From: a virus
Lineage: Duplodnaviria > Caudoviricetes
Strand: one strand, 5' to 3'
Length of the DNA stretch: 64,000 nucleotides
IMG/VR virus record: IMGVR_UViG_3300037501_000255
Shown in pieces: positions 63,529-64,000 of this stretch (its first letter is position 1; every line of letters starts with the position of its first letter). Both the position numbers and the translations under genes were made by a program. A model generated the notes under the pieces. The model was not told where the DNA came from. It made no database searches and was given only the letters and a program-made list of their open reading frames with translations.

Positions 63529-64000
63529 AACATTCTGTATAGGTGTCCAAGAATAGAGCTGATAACTGTAGGTGGCTGGGACTGCAGCACATTTTTTATT
63601 ATATTCATTGCTGCACCTATTGCAGCAGATGGGTTATTCTTCTTCTTAGATAGCATATATGGGTTTAATTCAGTTAGGTGTTCACGGATATTTTGAATAA
63701 ATTTTGGCCTATTCTGTATTTTTGAACGCTGCATTAGATGGTGAATTAATCTCACCAGAGTTACCGCAGTATCTTTGGGCGGGAGTGGATCTGAGTACCT
63801 TTTATATTCTGCCGCCGCCTTAGAAAGCGGTTCGGCCAGGCCGAACCGACCATCATCTATGTACATTGTATCACACAAGAATTCATTAGCAAGCTCATCA
63901 ATTTCCTCACGATGATCACAGTGGCACTCCTCGCCACCCTTATGCTTCAATGATAAAATGAGCTTTTTGGCAGCAGCCTTGGCAGCAACATCAAACAACT
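63525..64000 (-). CDS. Helical hypothetical protein, probably 5'-truncated by the window edge
   Basis: Frame is open to the window end; C-terminal KKKNNPSAAIGAAMNIIKNVL. Confidence 0.6.
   Translation of the reverse strand, partial: LFDVAAKAAAKKLILSLKHKGGEECHCDHREEIDELANEFLCDTMYIDDGRFGLAEPLSKAAAEYKRYSDPLPPKDTAVTLVRLIHHLMQRSKIQNRPKFIQNIREHLTELNPYMLSKKKNNPSAAIGAAMNIIKNVLQSQPPTVISSILGHLYRML

Noticed and set aside
1-64000. CRISPR array, tRNA/rRNA genes, or a DGR template/variable repeat pair
   Set aside because: No regularly spaced repeats, cloverleaf or adenine-mismatched repeat pair was seen, and no reverse transcriptase. A tRNAscan or repeat search would be needed to be definitive.
1-64000. 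Stop-codon recoding, as in some jumbo phages
   Set aside because: Genes are full length and tightly packed in the standard code. TAA, TAG and TGA all act as stops.

Overview
This 64-kb window is part of the virion-morphogenesis region of a large (probably jumbo) tailed phage. Every credible gene is on the minus strand, in the standard genetic code. In transcription order (right to left): (1) helical inner-head proteins and a 1285-aa prohead protease/scaffold; (2) capsid decoration paralogs and a family of candidate ejection proteins sharing an 'AHP' pro-domain; (3) an HK97-fold major capsid gene split by two group I introns, each encoding an HTH-LAGLIDADG endonuclease, with splice sites fixed by P1/P10 pairing (spliced product 340 aa); (4) free-standing GIY-YIG, Hef-like, HNH and LAGLIDADG genes; (5) about 44 kb of neck, fiber, spike and Kelch-propeller genes built from shuffled modules, with patatin, cold-shock, zincin, holin-like and spanin-like genes interspersed. 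The most striking unexplained signal is the tripeptide Asp-Gly-Tyr (DGY). I count 63 copies by eye in 19 outer-virion proteins, with varied codons. It is absent from the major capsid and inner-head proteins and from a GC-rich, probably imported fiber segment, which suggests a recognition sequon for a virion-wide modification or docking system. A candidate late-promoter motif, TAYNAATW (mostly TACTAATA), precedes about 10 structural genes. No databases were searched; family names rest on recognised motifs, and all counts are manual.
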